64,000 nucleotides of DNA from an uncultured Patescibacteria group bacterium (GCA_937921305.1 CAKZSU010000005.1:74740-138739), one strand, 5' to 3'; positions 44,194 through 52,576 are shown, counted from the stretch's first letter. Program-made: numbers and translations. The notes: generated by a model not told the origin, from the letters alone.

Positions 44194-44693
44194 GTTTTGA
44201 AGATATACACATGAGCATCTTTGTTTTCCGCGACAATAGGCCAATTCGGAAACACAAAACTGTTGGAAACAATCGTTGTTCCTGGTTTTGTTTCCTTTTT
44301 GAGTTTTCTTCCAAGCGCTTCCATCTTCCATGGAAGAAGATAGACAAAAATAATATCTGCGTCGGAAAGATTTGTCCGCCAGAAATCGCTCCATCGCGCG
44401 TGAACGCGCGTATTTTTTGAGAGAATTGCTCGAAGATTTGTGTATAGGACCAATAAAGGATTTATTTCAATGCCAATAATCTTCTTTCCTCCCTTTTTGC
44501 TTGCTAAAAAGAGTAATTTCCCGTTTCCGGATCCAAGATCGTAAATAACGCTGTCGTTTTTTATATTCGCGAGATCAATCATCTGTTTTGCGGTGTCATT
44601 TTTTGATGGAACAAACGGCGCTCCGGTGATAAAGGCGATAAGCAAGAAAAAGATGAATATGCCAAAGACGATATGAATGAACAAAGGAATCAT
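44190..44693 (-). CDS. Membrane-anchored class I SAM methyltransferase
   Basis: GAPFVP, YDLGSGNG, GIEINP, IVSNSF. Confidence 0.85.
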   Translation of the reverse strand: MIPLFIHIVFGIFIFFLLIAFITGAPFVPSKNDTAKQMIDLANIKNDSVIYDLGSGNGKLLFLASKKGGKKIIGIEINPLLVLYTNLRAILSKNTRVHARWSDFWRTNLSDADIIFVYLLPWKMEALGRKLKKETKPGTTIVSNSFVFPNWPIVAENKDAHVYIFKT

Positions 44694-44824
44694 GAGGATG
44701 ATTATAGTCGTGAATGATTTTGATATACAAGATATGTCTTGACGATTTGTCTATTTTTTCGATATCGTAATATCTACGTTGTTAAGAAGTAACAACAAAA
44801 GAATCCAATGCTGCCCAATATTTT

Positions 44825-44867
44825 ATACACTATCTGAATCTTTACCCAATTCAATAGTGTATTTTTT
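44825..44867 (+). terminator. Terminator-like hairpin in the 5' leader of the 44902 gene
   Basis: ATACACTAT-c-TGAAT / ATTCA-ATAGTGTAT followed by a T run, about 35 nt before the ATG. Confidence 0.5.
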
Positions 44868-44901
44868 GTGGCAAAAATATTTGCGAAGGGAGGTGAATTA
44901 C

Positions 44902-45528
44902 ATGATCTATCACACAGCAACATCGATGATGGTCGTTACATCTGTCGCCTTGACATTGGCGATTGTTCCTCGCGTCCTTGCGTCGTCTCATCCAGAGGTG
45001 ACGGTAAGCGGAAACGGCGCTGGTTCAACGCAGCATGTAACCGTCGATGTATCATCGAATGAATCTGTTCATCAGTCAAATAATACGATGGTAATGACAA
45101 TCCAAACAGCGCATTCATCCACTGGCGGAAATAGCATTGCGGGATCTACCGGCAACGGTGGAAACAGCGTCATGACTGGTAATGCGATGTCTGAAAATAC
45201 CGTTTCTGTCAAAACCGGAGAAAATGTCGTGATGACAGGTTCATGTGGATGTCAGCCTGCTAGTATGTCTGCAAATGTGTCGGGCAACGGTGCAAATTCC
45301 AAAACAACGGTCAAGATGTCAAGAGCATCTACGCGAACTGCGACACAGCGAATGCGAACGCAGGTCTACAATGACCAGCAAGCGAAAGCAAAGACAGGAA
45401 ATAACCAAGTGAAAAATGCGACTGGATCTGGCATGAACACGGTTGAAACAGGGTCCGCGATGACCACCAACCATGTGTCTGTCGAATCTGGAAGCAATGT
45501 CCTTGGCGACCACATGATGGGAAATTAA
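44902..45528 (+). CDS. Secreted Asn/Thr/Gly-rich repeat protein, 2 repeats, no anchor (putative fibre subunit)
   Basis: GGAGGTGA RBS, signal peptide ending VLA, two GNGxxS...Q...TGxN...TGxA repeats joined by SCGC. Confidence 0.75.
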   Translation: MIYHTATSMMVVTSVALTLAIVPRVLASSHPEVTVSGNGAGSTQHVTVDVSSNESVHQSNNTMVMTIQTAHSSTGGNSIAGSTGNGGNSVMTGNAMSENTVSVKTGENVVMTGSCGCQPASMSANVSGNGANSKTTVKMSRASTRTATQRMRTQVYNDQQAKAKTGNNQVKNATGSGMNTVETGSAMTTNHVSVESGSNVLGDHMMGN

Positions 45529-45545
45529 TAACTGTTTCCCTTTCC

Positions 45546-45578
45546 GCCTCTCCTCACATCGGTGAGGGGAGGTTTTTT
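45546..45578 (+). terminator. Intrinsic terminator
   Basis: GCCTCTCCTCAC-ATCG-GTGAGGGGAGGT followed by a T run. Confidence 0.8.
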
Positions 45579-46290
45579 ATTGGTTTGGTTTCGCAATGAC
45601 CACAAGCCGTTTGCTATCCAAAAAACCTGAGCAGGTAAATAGCGTAAGACGATTGTCTTGCGTTTTATTGACGACATACACATCTGTAGGGAACACTTCT
45701 CGAATTTCTTCAACTTTGTAGCGATGCCAGTGATGACGGGTAAGGACATAAATATCTCTTCCAATCGCGATGTGCTTGAGTGGAAGAAACAGTCCTTCTC
45801 GTGCGTGTGCGAAGATAACAGTATTTCCGACTGTTCCGGGCGGCGCAGAGCCTAGCCCAAACGACGCCGTATATTCCGACACTTCCCAATAGCCATTGTG
45901 CAATTTTGATGAAACAACAGGAATGTCAATGTTTAGGCTCGGAATAATGATACGTATTGGTTGCTTGTCATCTTCTGATGGCATGGTGAATGTGGTGTCA
46001 GCCCGGATGGGAGCTTCATTCATGGAAACATTGATAAAGAGATTTGTTATATGCGGGGCGCTAATAAGCAATATGCCAAGCAATAGGAATAATATGCCGA
46101 TTTTTTTTGATCGAGAGAGCGAGATGAGTATTTTTTTTATTCGTAGCATAATGAGAGGAAGCTTTGTTAATCCGTCAAAAAAGAGTAAGAGCCCTGAAGC
46201 GGAAGGCGGTTTCGTGTGCGGAACAGATAGAAAGGTAATGGGACGACTTATTCTTTTTTGCCGAGTAGCGCGCTTCCGATGAAGAGGCAT
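45577..46290 (-). CDS. Sortase
   Basis: N-terminal TM, IIIPSLNI, GNTVIFAHA (His), LTLFTC (Cys), KRLVV (Arg); start codon uncertain. Confidence 0.92.
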   Translation of the reverse strand: MPLHRKRATRQKRISRPITFLSVPHTKPPSASGLLLFFDGLTKLPLIMLRIKKILISLSRSKKIGILFLLLGILLISAPHITNLFINVSMNEAPIRADTTFTMPSEDDKQPIRIIIPSLNIDIPVVSSKLHNGYWEVSEYTASFGLGSAPPGTVGNTVIFAHAREGLFLPLKHIAIGRDIYVLTRHHWHRYKVEEIREVFPTDVYVVNKTQDNRLTLFTCSGFLDSKRLVVIAKPNQ

Positions 46291-46847
46291 AGGAATCCGC
46301 CAATCGAGGAAAAAAGAGAAAAGGAATTTACGCTACTTGTTGCGGCAAGTCCTTTCACTTCCCCTCCTCCAATTCCTCCATGTTGGGTGCTTCCGTTTGA
46401 CCCGTGAGATGATTGCGATTCATGTGGTTGAGATTGTTGGGATGAAGATGTTGGCAATGGGGTCGATGCTGGTTGAGGCGTGGTTTTTGGCGTTCCTGTG
46501 GGCGAGAGAAGAAGTGTTGGTTTTGGTTTTCTTGTCGATCCGATTACATTGGTATTTCCTTGATTAGTGATATTAATGTTGACATTCGCGTTTCCTGTTT
46601 GAATTGTTGTATTGCCGTTGGTATTTCCTGACGCGCTGTTGTTTCCTGTGTCGGCATTCGCGGTAATGGTGTTATTGATCTGAAGTGTGTTATTTTGTTG
46701 GATGCTTCGCGTTGGTTGATGTTCAATCGATACGGTATTTGATGAATTCGCGCTATTCTGTTGAATTTCTACTGTTGCAGCATATCCGGTAGTTATCGCA
46801 AGAAGAGTGATGATAAGAAGAGATAGTATTCGGTGTATAAGATTCAT
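46248..46847 (-). CDS. Secreted single-repeat protein with sortase-type C-terminal anchor
   Basis: Signal peptide, one repeat, P/T/S/Q linker, LAATS, hydrophobic helix, KKE tail. Confidence 0.75.
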   Translation of the reverse strand: MNLIHRILSLLIITLLAITTGYAATVEIQQNSANSSNTVSIEHQPTRSIQQNNTLQINNTITANADTGNNSASGNTNGNTTIQTGNANVNINITNQGNTNVIGSTRKPKPTLLLSPTGTPKTTPQPASTPLPTSSSQQSQPHESQSSHGSNGSTQHGGIGGGEVKGLAATSSVNSFSLFSSIGGFLCLFIGSALLGKKE

Positions 46848-46887
46848 ATATGCCGTAAGGCAGGTAAAAAGAAGTAGAGTAGGCAGA

Positions 46888-49134
46888 TTATGCTTGATTT
46901 TTTTGTGTCATCTTTTTAAGAATGAATAGAATTATACCAATTGGTATGAGAAAAATCAACCACGCGAGGTTGATTCGCACGACGCGTTTTCCCGCTACGA
47001 TTGGCGTTATCGTTGCTTCCGGTGCGTCGATCGTTGAAAATCCATTGATTTCGGCGTTTTCTTCTTCCATAATTATGGTGTTTGAATGTAGCGCTTCTCC
47101 ATTCGTTGTGCTTCTCGATGCTCGTTGAACGGTAGATCGACGCGTTAAGCGAATGATTCCATCAGGCAATTTTTCTTGCGATGATGTAGTTGTGACAGAT
47201 GCGATTGTGGTAGTATTTGTATTGTTTGAACTTTGCGATGAAGAATCAACTGTGATTGAGACAGTTGCGTTTGTTCCTCCGAGAGCGAGAGATTGCTCTT
47301 GCGTCTGATTCTCGGTAATCGTTTGAGTTTGTTTCTTGTGCCCTGGAGCGATAAAGTCTCCAATCCAGCTTCCGAATACATTGACAACCGTGACAAAGAG
47401 TCTTCCTGTCCCCGTAATATTGTTGTTCACAAAATTTACCATGTTGGCGATAATGTTCGCGTCTCCGGTAACGATGGATGAATTTCCTCCGGTGTTGTTG
47501 TTTGCTTGGTTTGTTCCTGTATTAGCTGAAAGATTCAGTGTATTTTTAACAACTGCAGTGTTTGTCTGTGTTGTTGTTTGATTTGATTCATTATCTATTG
47601 TTGTGGTGTTTATTGAATTTGCGCTGTTTCCTGTCGTTGCGATAATGTTGCCGTGTTCGTCAGTGGCGACAAGAAATCCTTCGGATCCAGCGATGTTCGA
47701 TCCATTTCCTCCAATAATTCTTCCTATCCATTTTCCGGCTTCATTTATGATAACGAGCCAAAAGTTTCCATCAGTGATGTTGCTGTTTGCAATATTTACA
47801 ACATTCGCGTCGATGTTTGCGTTTCCTGTGATTACTCTATTATCTCCACTTGTGTTTCCTGTGGTTTCATTGTTTCCAGTTTGGGCATTGAGAATTAATG
47901 TATTTTCTATGATGGCGTCGTTTGATTGGATTGTCGTATCGGTTGTCGATGTGTTGATAGCTGTTGTATTGGTTGAGTTCGCTCCATTATTTGCGGTGCT
48001 GATCGCAAGAGGTTGTTCTTCGCAACACGGTGCCATCATGAGATATTCTTCTGGAAAAATGATATCTCCTACGAGATTTCCATAAATATTGACAACGCCG
48101 TATAGCACATTTCCTTGAATGTTATTGTTTGCAAATGTCAGTAGGTTCGCCGATACATTTGCGTTTCCTGTATAAATGACACTTTCTCCACCTGTGTTTT
48201 CGCTTGACATGTTGTTTCCAGAATTTGCCGAAAGGGTTAGTGTGTTTCCAATAGTCGCGTCATTATTTTGGAATGTCGTGTCGTTTGAACTGTTTGTTAT
48301 GGTTGTGATGTTTGTCGAGTCTACGCCGTTTCCGTGTGTTTGACCTATTGTTCCACCTTGATTACATCCAGAGACGCATGAAGGAGCGAATTGAAGAACA
48401 ATATCTCCTCGATGATCATCGGCAACGGTAAATTCAGAGACCATCACGCCGTCGACATTGGTGTTCATAGAAGTTATAACCGTGCCTGACACATTGGCGT
48501 TTCCTGTTTTAATGAAGCTATTACTGACATTTCCTGATGCGCTGTTATTTCCTGTCGTTGTTGATTGATTGAGGTCGGTATTAACTGCTGCTGTATTATC
48601 TTGGATCATTGCTGATGATGGTTGATTATTTATTAATGTCGTGTTTTTTGAGTCTGCGTCGTTTCCTGTGGTTGCGATAGATCCTGAATAATGTTCATTG
48701 CTTTGTGTTCCAGCGTATTGATTCGAATTTCCTGTTGTTATGACGATCGATTCACCTGTCGCATCTCCGGTGATAATTCTTGTCTCTCCATTTTGCTGAG
48801 ATGGTTGTGTATTTGTTGGTTGAGATTGATTGTTTTGTTGCGTTGATTGCGTTGAAGAATCTTGCGACGGTGTTGGTTCTGGTGACGATGAGCGATCTTG
48901 TCTGCGTTCTCTGGGTGTCGGCGTTGGTTCTGGTGTTGGAGAGGCATCTGATAGGGTTGGCGTTGATGGGGCGTTTGGCGCTGTTGGCGACGATGGCGAT
49001 TGCGGAGGTGTTGGAGGTTCTGGGGAAGCTGGAGCAGTCGGTGCCGATGGGGGTGTTGGAAATTCTTGCGCTCCTACTGGAAGTTGTCCAAGAAATAATG
49101 CGATGACAAGAATACTTGTAATGATTTTTTTCAT
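46888..49134 (-). CDS. Large secreted repeat protein (4 full plus 1 partial repeats) with C-terminal membrane anchor
   Basis: MKKIITSIL signal peptide, Pro-rich stalk, Asn/Thr repeats with inserts, C-terminal TM and KK tail. Confidence 0.8.
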   Translation of the reverse strand: MKKIITSILVIALFLGQLPVGAQEFPTPPSAPTAPASPEPPTPPQSPSSPTAPNAPSTPTLSDASPTPEPTPTPRERRQDRSSSPEPTPSQDSSTQSTQQNNQSQPTNTQPSQQNGETRIITGDATGESIVITTGNSNQYAGTQSNEHYSGSIATTGNDADSKNTTLINNQPSSAMIQDNTAAVNTDLNQSTTTGNNSASGNVSNSFIKTGNANVSGTVITSMNTNVDGVMVSEFTVADDHRGDIVLQFAPSCVSGCNQGGTIGQTHGNGVDSTNITTITNSSNDTTFQNNDATIGNTLTLSANSGNNMSSENTGGESVIYTGNANVSANLLTFANNNIQGNVLYGVVNIYGNLVGDIIFPEEYLMMAPCCEEQPLAISTANNGANSTNTTAINTSTTDTTIQSNDAIIENTLILNAQTGNNETTGNTSGDNRVITGNANIDANVVNIANSNITDGNFWLVIINEAGKWIGRIIGGNGSNIAGSEGFLVATDEHGNIIATTGNSANSINTTTIDNESNQTTTQTNTAVVKNTLNLSANTGTNQANNNTGGNSSIVTGDANIIANMVNFVNNNITGTGRLFVTVVNVFGSWIGDFIAPGHKKQTQTITENQTQEQSLALGGTNATVSITVDSSSQSSNNTNTTTIASVTTTSSQEKLPDGIIRLTRRSTVQRASRSTTNGEALHSNTIIMEEENAEINGFSTIDAPEATITPIVAGKRVVRINLAWLIFLIPIGIILFILKKMTQKNQA

Positions 49135-49253
49135 ATGTGTATTAGGTTTTTCAAATACATAAAATAAATGGTATGCGTATATGCCATTTCTTGTATGTAT
49201 TTGATTTTCATTCGTCAAAAATGTTTTGGTATTTTATTAATTAATCGATCAGT

Positions 49254-49301
49254 TGTGTAGGGTGCTTTGTGGAAGTGACGACACAAAGCAAACCCTACAC
49301 A
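49254..49301 (-). other. Intercistronic stem-loop without U tail
   Basis: TGTGTAGGG-TGCTTTGTG / CACAAAGCA-aa-CCCTACACA. Confidence 0.65.
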
Positions 49302-49313
49302 GAGATCATTTGA

Positions 49314-50531
49314 TTATCTGGCAAACAGGTGAGCAAAGCTCCAGTGCCATTCAATCATTGGCCATGTCCAATTGCTTCCGCCGAAAACATTTAAGTTTCC
49401 AGTGTTAGACACTTCTGTGTGTGACCATGCGTAGCCTGTCATAACAGATGGATCATCTCCAGCTGCGACTGTGTTATACATGGCGTCATTCTCTCCGCTT
49501 TTTGCGTCAGAGTCAGCCAAGTTTGTTAATACGGCTACATTTCCTGCTTCATCTCCTTGGAAGACTTCCATGTCGCCTCCGAGCGTTACTCTGATACGAT
49601 TGTCAGAGTCTGTCCCGTTTTCCGCAACTTTTGCTTCCACATCCATGAGACAACCGCAGTCGATGTCTGCTGCATTGAAGTTGACCATATTGTCGATGCC
49701 AACCATGGTTTTTGCATTCCCTGTGTGAATTTGTACTTCACCACCGGTATTGTCATTGGCTCTATTTGCTCCTGTTCTTGCGTTGGACGCGACAGCGTTC
49801 AGGACATCAGCCATGTTGTCTTGAACGATGGTTGCATCTCGGCCAATTTCTAATCGGATTTCGTTATTGCTTCGAGAACCATTTCCCATAATTCTCGCCG
49901 ATACGGATCCGCGTTGGTGACCTTCTCCTCCGACAACCGCGACATTCGCGTTTGCTGTTGTAGAGATTGTTACATTTGTCGAAGCATCACCGGTTCTGAC
50001 TGTTACGTCACCGCCGGTATTGCGTCTGGCATCGTTTTCCCCTGTTCTCGCTTCGGATTCAACAGTGTTCGTCACAACTGCTTCATTATTCTGGAATACT
50101 TGGGTTTCGCTTCCTCGTTTTCCATTGCCGACTTCTACTCTGTTATCAGAGCTTGAGCCGTTTCCGGAGATTCGAACGTCGAGGTCTTCCGCTTCACAAC
50201 AGTCGACTTTCGCCATATTGTTATTGAGCTTGTTTTCGATTGTTGTGTTGCTTCTCGCGTCACCGGTTTTAATCATGACGTCCCCGCCCGTATTATCGTT
50301 GGCTCGATTTCCTCCAGTTGAGGAATTGTTGGATACCGCGTTGGTAACAATTGCAGAATTGGACTGGACGACGGTTGTTCTGTTGGACTGTTCCACTCTG
50401 ATCACATTGTCAGAGCTTGAACCGTTTCCGGTAATGGTAAGTTCAGCGGCAACCGCCATTGGCGAAAGTCCGCTCAGAGCCGTTGATCCCGCGGCAAGGA
50501 CAGCGATGATTTGTCGTTTTAATTGTGTCAT
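49314..50531 (-). CDS. Secreted 4-repeat protein without TM anchor (putative major fibre subunit)
   Basis: AGGAGGTGA RBS, signal peptide ending AVA, four repeats, DCCE and DCGC linkers, Trp-rich tail. Confidence 0.8.
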   Translation of the reverse strand: MTQLKRQIIAVLAAGSTALSGLSPMAVAAELTITGNGSSSDNVIRVEQSNRTTVVQSNSAIVTNAVSNNSSTGGNRANDNTGGDVMIKTGDARSNTTIENKLNNNMAKVDCCEAEDLDVRISGNGSSSDNRVEVGNGKRGSETQVFQNNEAVVTNTVESEARTGENDARRNTGGDVTVRTGDASTNVTISTTANANVAVVGGEGHQRGSVSARIMGNGSRSNNEIRLEIGRDATIVQDNMADVLNAVASNARTGANRANDNTGGEVQIHTGNAKTMVGIDNMVNFNAADIDCGCLMDVEAKVAENGTDSDNRIRVTLGGDMEVFQGDEAGNVAVLTNLADSDAKSGENDAMYNTVAAGDDPSVMTGYAWSHTEVSNTGNLNVFGGSNWTWPMIEWHWSFAHLFAR

Positions 50532-50630
50532 GATTTCACCTCCTTTCGTTTTTGGATTTCCGCCTATTATAGCGGATATGCCACTTCGATCCGTTTTCTT
50601 GTACCTTCTGCCCATAGATTTGGTATGTAC

Positions 50631-50699
50631 AAAAAAACGGAGGCTTCTATATTTGAATACAAACGATATTTATCGTAATTCAAATGCAGAAGCCTCCGT
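50631..50699 (-). terminator. Long intrinsic terminator/attenuator in the leader of the 50531 gene
   Basis: 22-nt arms ACGGAGGCTTCTGCATTTGAAT / ATTCAAATATAGAAGCCTCCGT followed by a T run on the minus strand. Confidence 0.8.
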
Positions 50700-50753
50700 G
50701 TACGGTCAGCTTACTTTTAGTATAGTTTTATATAGTTTGTTTTGTACAGATCA

Positions 50754-50782
50754 ACATTAACTCAATTTTATGCTGTTGTCAA
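50754..50782 (-). promoter_or_regulatory. Putative sigma70 promoter upstream of the attenuator
   Basis: TTGACA-N17-TAATGT on the minus strand. Confidence 0.45.
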
Positions 50783-50791
50783 CAGGGAATT

Positions 50792-51004
50792 TTACCCGTT
50801 TCTAACGACTCCATTCTTCTTTCGTTTTTTCGATGATTCCTGCATATTTTGAAGTGTTTTTTTTATATTTCTCACCGTGATTTGCGTTACAATGTTGTCT
50901 TGAACATAAATCTCTACGCTTCCGTATGGGCTTACTCGTTTGAGCGCGTTTGCGATTTCAGCTAGTAGGGCTTCAGAGATCGTCTGAGTTGAATATTGAT
51001 CCAT
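50792..51004 (-). CDS. DUF2292/YezD-family small protein
   Basis: YGSVEIYVQDNIVTQI matches the YGSVxIxxxDxxVxQI pattern; basic tail. Confidence 0.8.
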   Translation of the reverse strand: MDQYSTQTISEALLAEIANALKRVSPYGSVEIYVQDNIVTQITVRNIKKTLQNMQESSKKRKKNGVVRNG

Positions 51005-51015
51005 ATGCGAGGTTC

Positions 51016-51744
51016 TTAAAATATTACTTCTATGGATTCTTTTTCTCCACTTATTTCTCCAACTTTTAGCACAATATTCATGTCTGTATCATTGATTGGA
51101 AATCCAAGTCGGGTTATTTTTGTTGATATTGGTTGAATGTTGACGGGATCGTTGTGAATGTCCGCAGCAAGGAGTTCCTGCTCGTTTCCATTTAATGTTA
51201 AGCGAACATAATCTCGAGCTCGAAGGTCGATTGCTTTGTCGTAGTCATTGATCAGTTTGATGGTGAAAATAAGGAATGTCCTTCCGCTCACTGCGGTTGC
51301 TTTTGATCCTTGGACGATGATCTCGTCTCGAAGTTCCGCGTTTTCAATAATATATTTGATTTTTGTTACTTCTTTTCCTTTTTCATTCCGAATTGGAAAC
51401 GAAAATTCCTTGTTAATCGCTACAGACGCTTTTGGTCCTTTAATTGTTGTTCGTGTGTCTTGCGGAGTCTGAGATTTTGATGACGCGGAGATCATACGTC
51501 CGGAAATGATCACAATCCCGCCAATGAATAAAAGAAGCAACCCGATAGGGATAAATTGTTTTACTCCCTTTTTTCTTTTTTGTGAAGATGTTATTTGCTC
51601 GTGACTTTCTTTCATTGTTGCCAATCTTTTTGTTAGGAAATATCTGATAGAGGGAATGAACGATGATACATCTCTTGCGATGTATTGAGGATGTTGTATT
51701 GTGTTTGTAGCGATTTTTGAGGTTTTAGATAGTCTTTTACTCAT
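51016..51744 (-). CDS. Membrane-anchored protein with extracellular beta-sandwich (DUF4352-like)
   Basis: Single TM, then 'GRTFLIFTIKLIN...IQPISTK..RLGF' Ig-like pattern. Confidence 0.6.
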   Translation of the reverse strand: MSKRLSKTSKIATNTIQHPQYIARDVSSFIPSIRYFLTKRLATMKESHEQITSSQKRKKGVKQFIPIGLLLLFIGGIVIISGRMISASSKSQTPQDTRTTIKGPKASVAINKEFSFPIRNEKGKEVTKIKYIIENAELRDEIIVQGSKATAVSGRTFLIFTIKLINDYDKAIDLRARDYVRLTLNGNEQELLAADIHNDPVNIQPISTKITRLGFPINDTDMNIVLKVGEISGEKESIEVIF

Positions 51745-51772
51745 AAAAAAAAGCCCTCACATGATGTGAGGC
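51745..51772 (-). terminator. Terminator-like hairpin abutting the 51744 start codon
   Basis: CCTCAC-ATCAT-GTGAGG stem followed by GC and T8, then ATG. Confidence 0.6.
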
Positions 51773-51842
51773 AGTCAATGAAAGAATGGTGCAATACTAT
51801 CATTTTAAAAAATATTCTGTCAAGAATAAAAAATGAAAATTT

Positions 51843-52466
51843 TTATAGATATGGCTCGCCTTGTTCTATGCGTATATGAATATCTTTGTTGTTGCTGTTG
51901 TTTTTTGTTTGTGTTACGCGAATTGTTGTCGAGGATTCTTGCGGTTTTTTTGTTATTTCAATCGTAAGTGTTGTATTGTCTTTTTCCGCACCAAGTTTAT
52001 TCACGACTGTTCCGTTCGTGTTTGTTTTTGCGAATGTTTTGGATCGATACCCGTTTGTTTGAATGTATTGTTCATACCATGTTGTGATAATTTCCGGCGT
52101 ATCGTTACCTTGGAGGATAAGTGATTGTTCTGACGAAGAGATAATCTTGCTGTTCGGATAAAAGAAATCATTGAGCGATTGAGGCTTCTCGGGTTTTGTT
52201 GGATGTGTCGTTGGTGTTGAGAATGGCGTTTGTGTTGAAGAGAGATGCTTGGTTGGTTGTTGAGTCAGAGTTGCTGTGGGAGATGATTCTTCTTGCGTTG
52301 GCGTGCGTTGATCTGTTGCCTCCTGTATTTTTTGATTTATTGTTGTGTTTTCTCGCAATGATTGTCGCGTGAGAAGCGCTCCGGAAAGAAACACTGCAAT
52401 AACAATAAGAATAATTGCAGAATGCATATATCGAATTATCTTAGAGGATGATTGCGATGAAGGCAA
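51843..52466 (-). CDS. Membrane-anchored hypothetical protein with T/P/Q-rich linker
   Basis: N-terminal TM, low-complexity linker, C-terminal domain starting YPNS. Confidence 0.65.
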   Translation of the reverse strand: MPSSQSSSKIIRYMHSAIILIVIAVFLSGALLTRQSLRENTTINQKIQEATDQRTPTQEESSPTATLTQQPTKHLSSTQTPFSTPTTHPTKPEKPQSLNDFFYPNSKIISSSEQSLILQGNDTPEIITTWYEQYIQTNGYRSKTFAKTNTNGTVVNKLGAEKDNTTLTIEITKKPQESSTTIRVTQTKNNSNNKDIHIRIEQGEPYL

Positions 52467-52515
52467 GTGGTCGAAGTTTAAACAAGATAAGACATCAAGA
52501 CAAGATCTTGCAAGA

Positions 52516-52542
52516 AGATGCTAAACCGAGTTTAGCATGACA
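52516..52542. repeat. REP/MITE-like palindrome (right end)
   Basis: AGATGCTAAACCGAGTTTAGCATGACA. Confidence 0.65.
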
Positions 52543-52576
52543 GACGGTAAGCTTCATGGTGTAAAATTATCTTTCT

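Noticed and set aside
44902-50531. Calling the repeat proteins curlin, FapC or ice-nucleation proteins
   Set aside because: Repeat length and consensus differ and no csg/fap secretion genes are present; only an analogy is supported.
50020-50760. 246-aa plus-strand ORF
   Set aside because: Antisense shadow of the repeat-protein gene and its leader.
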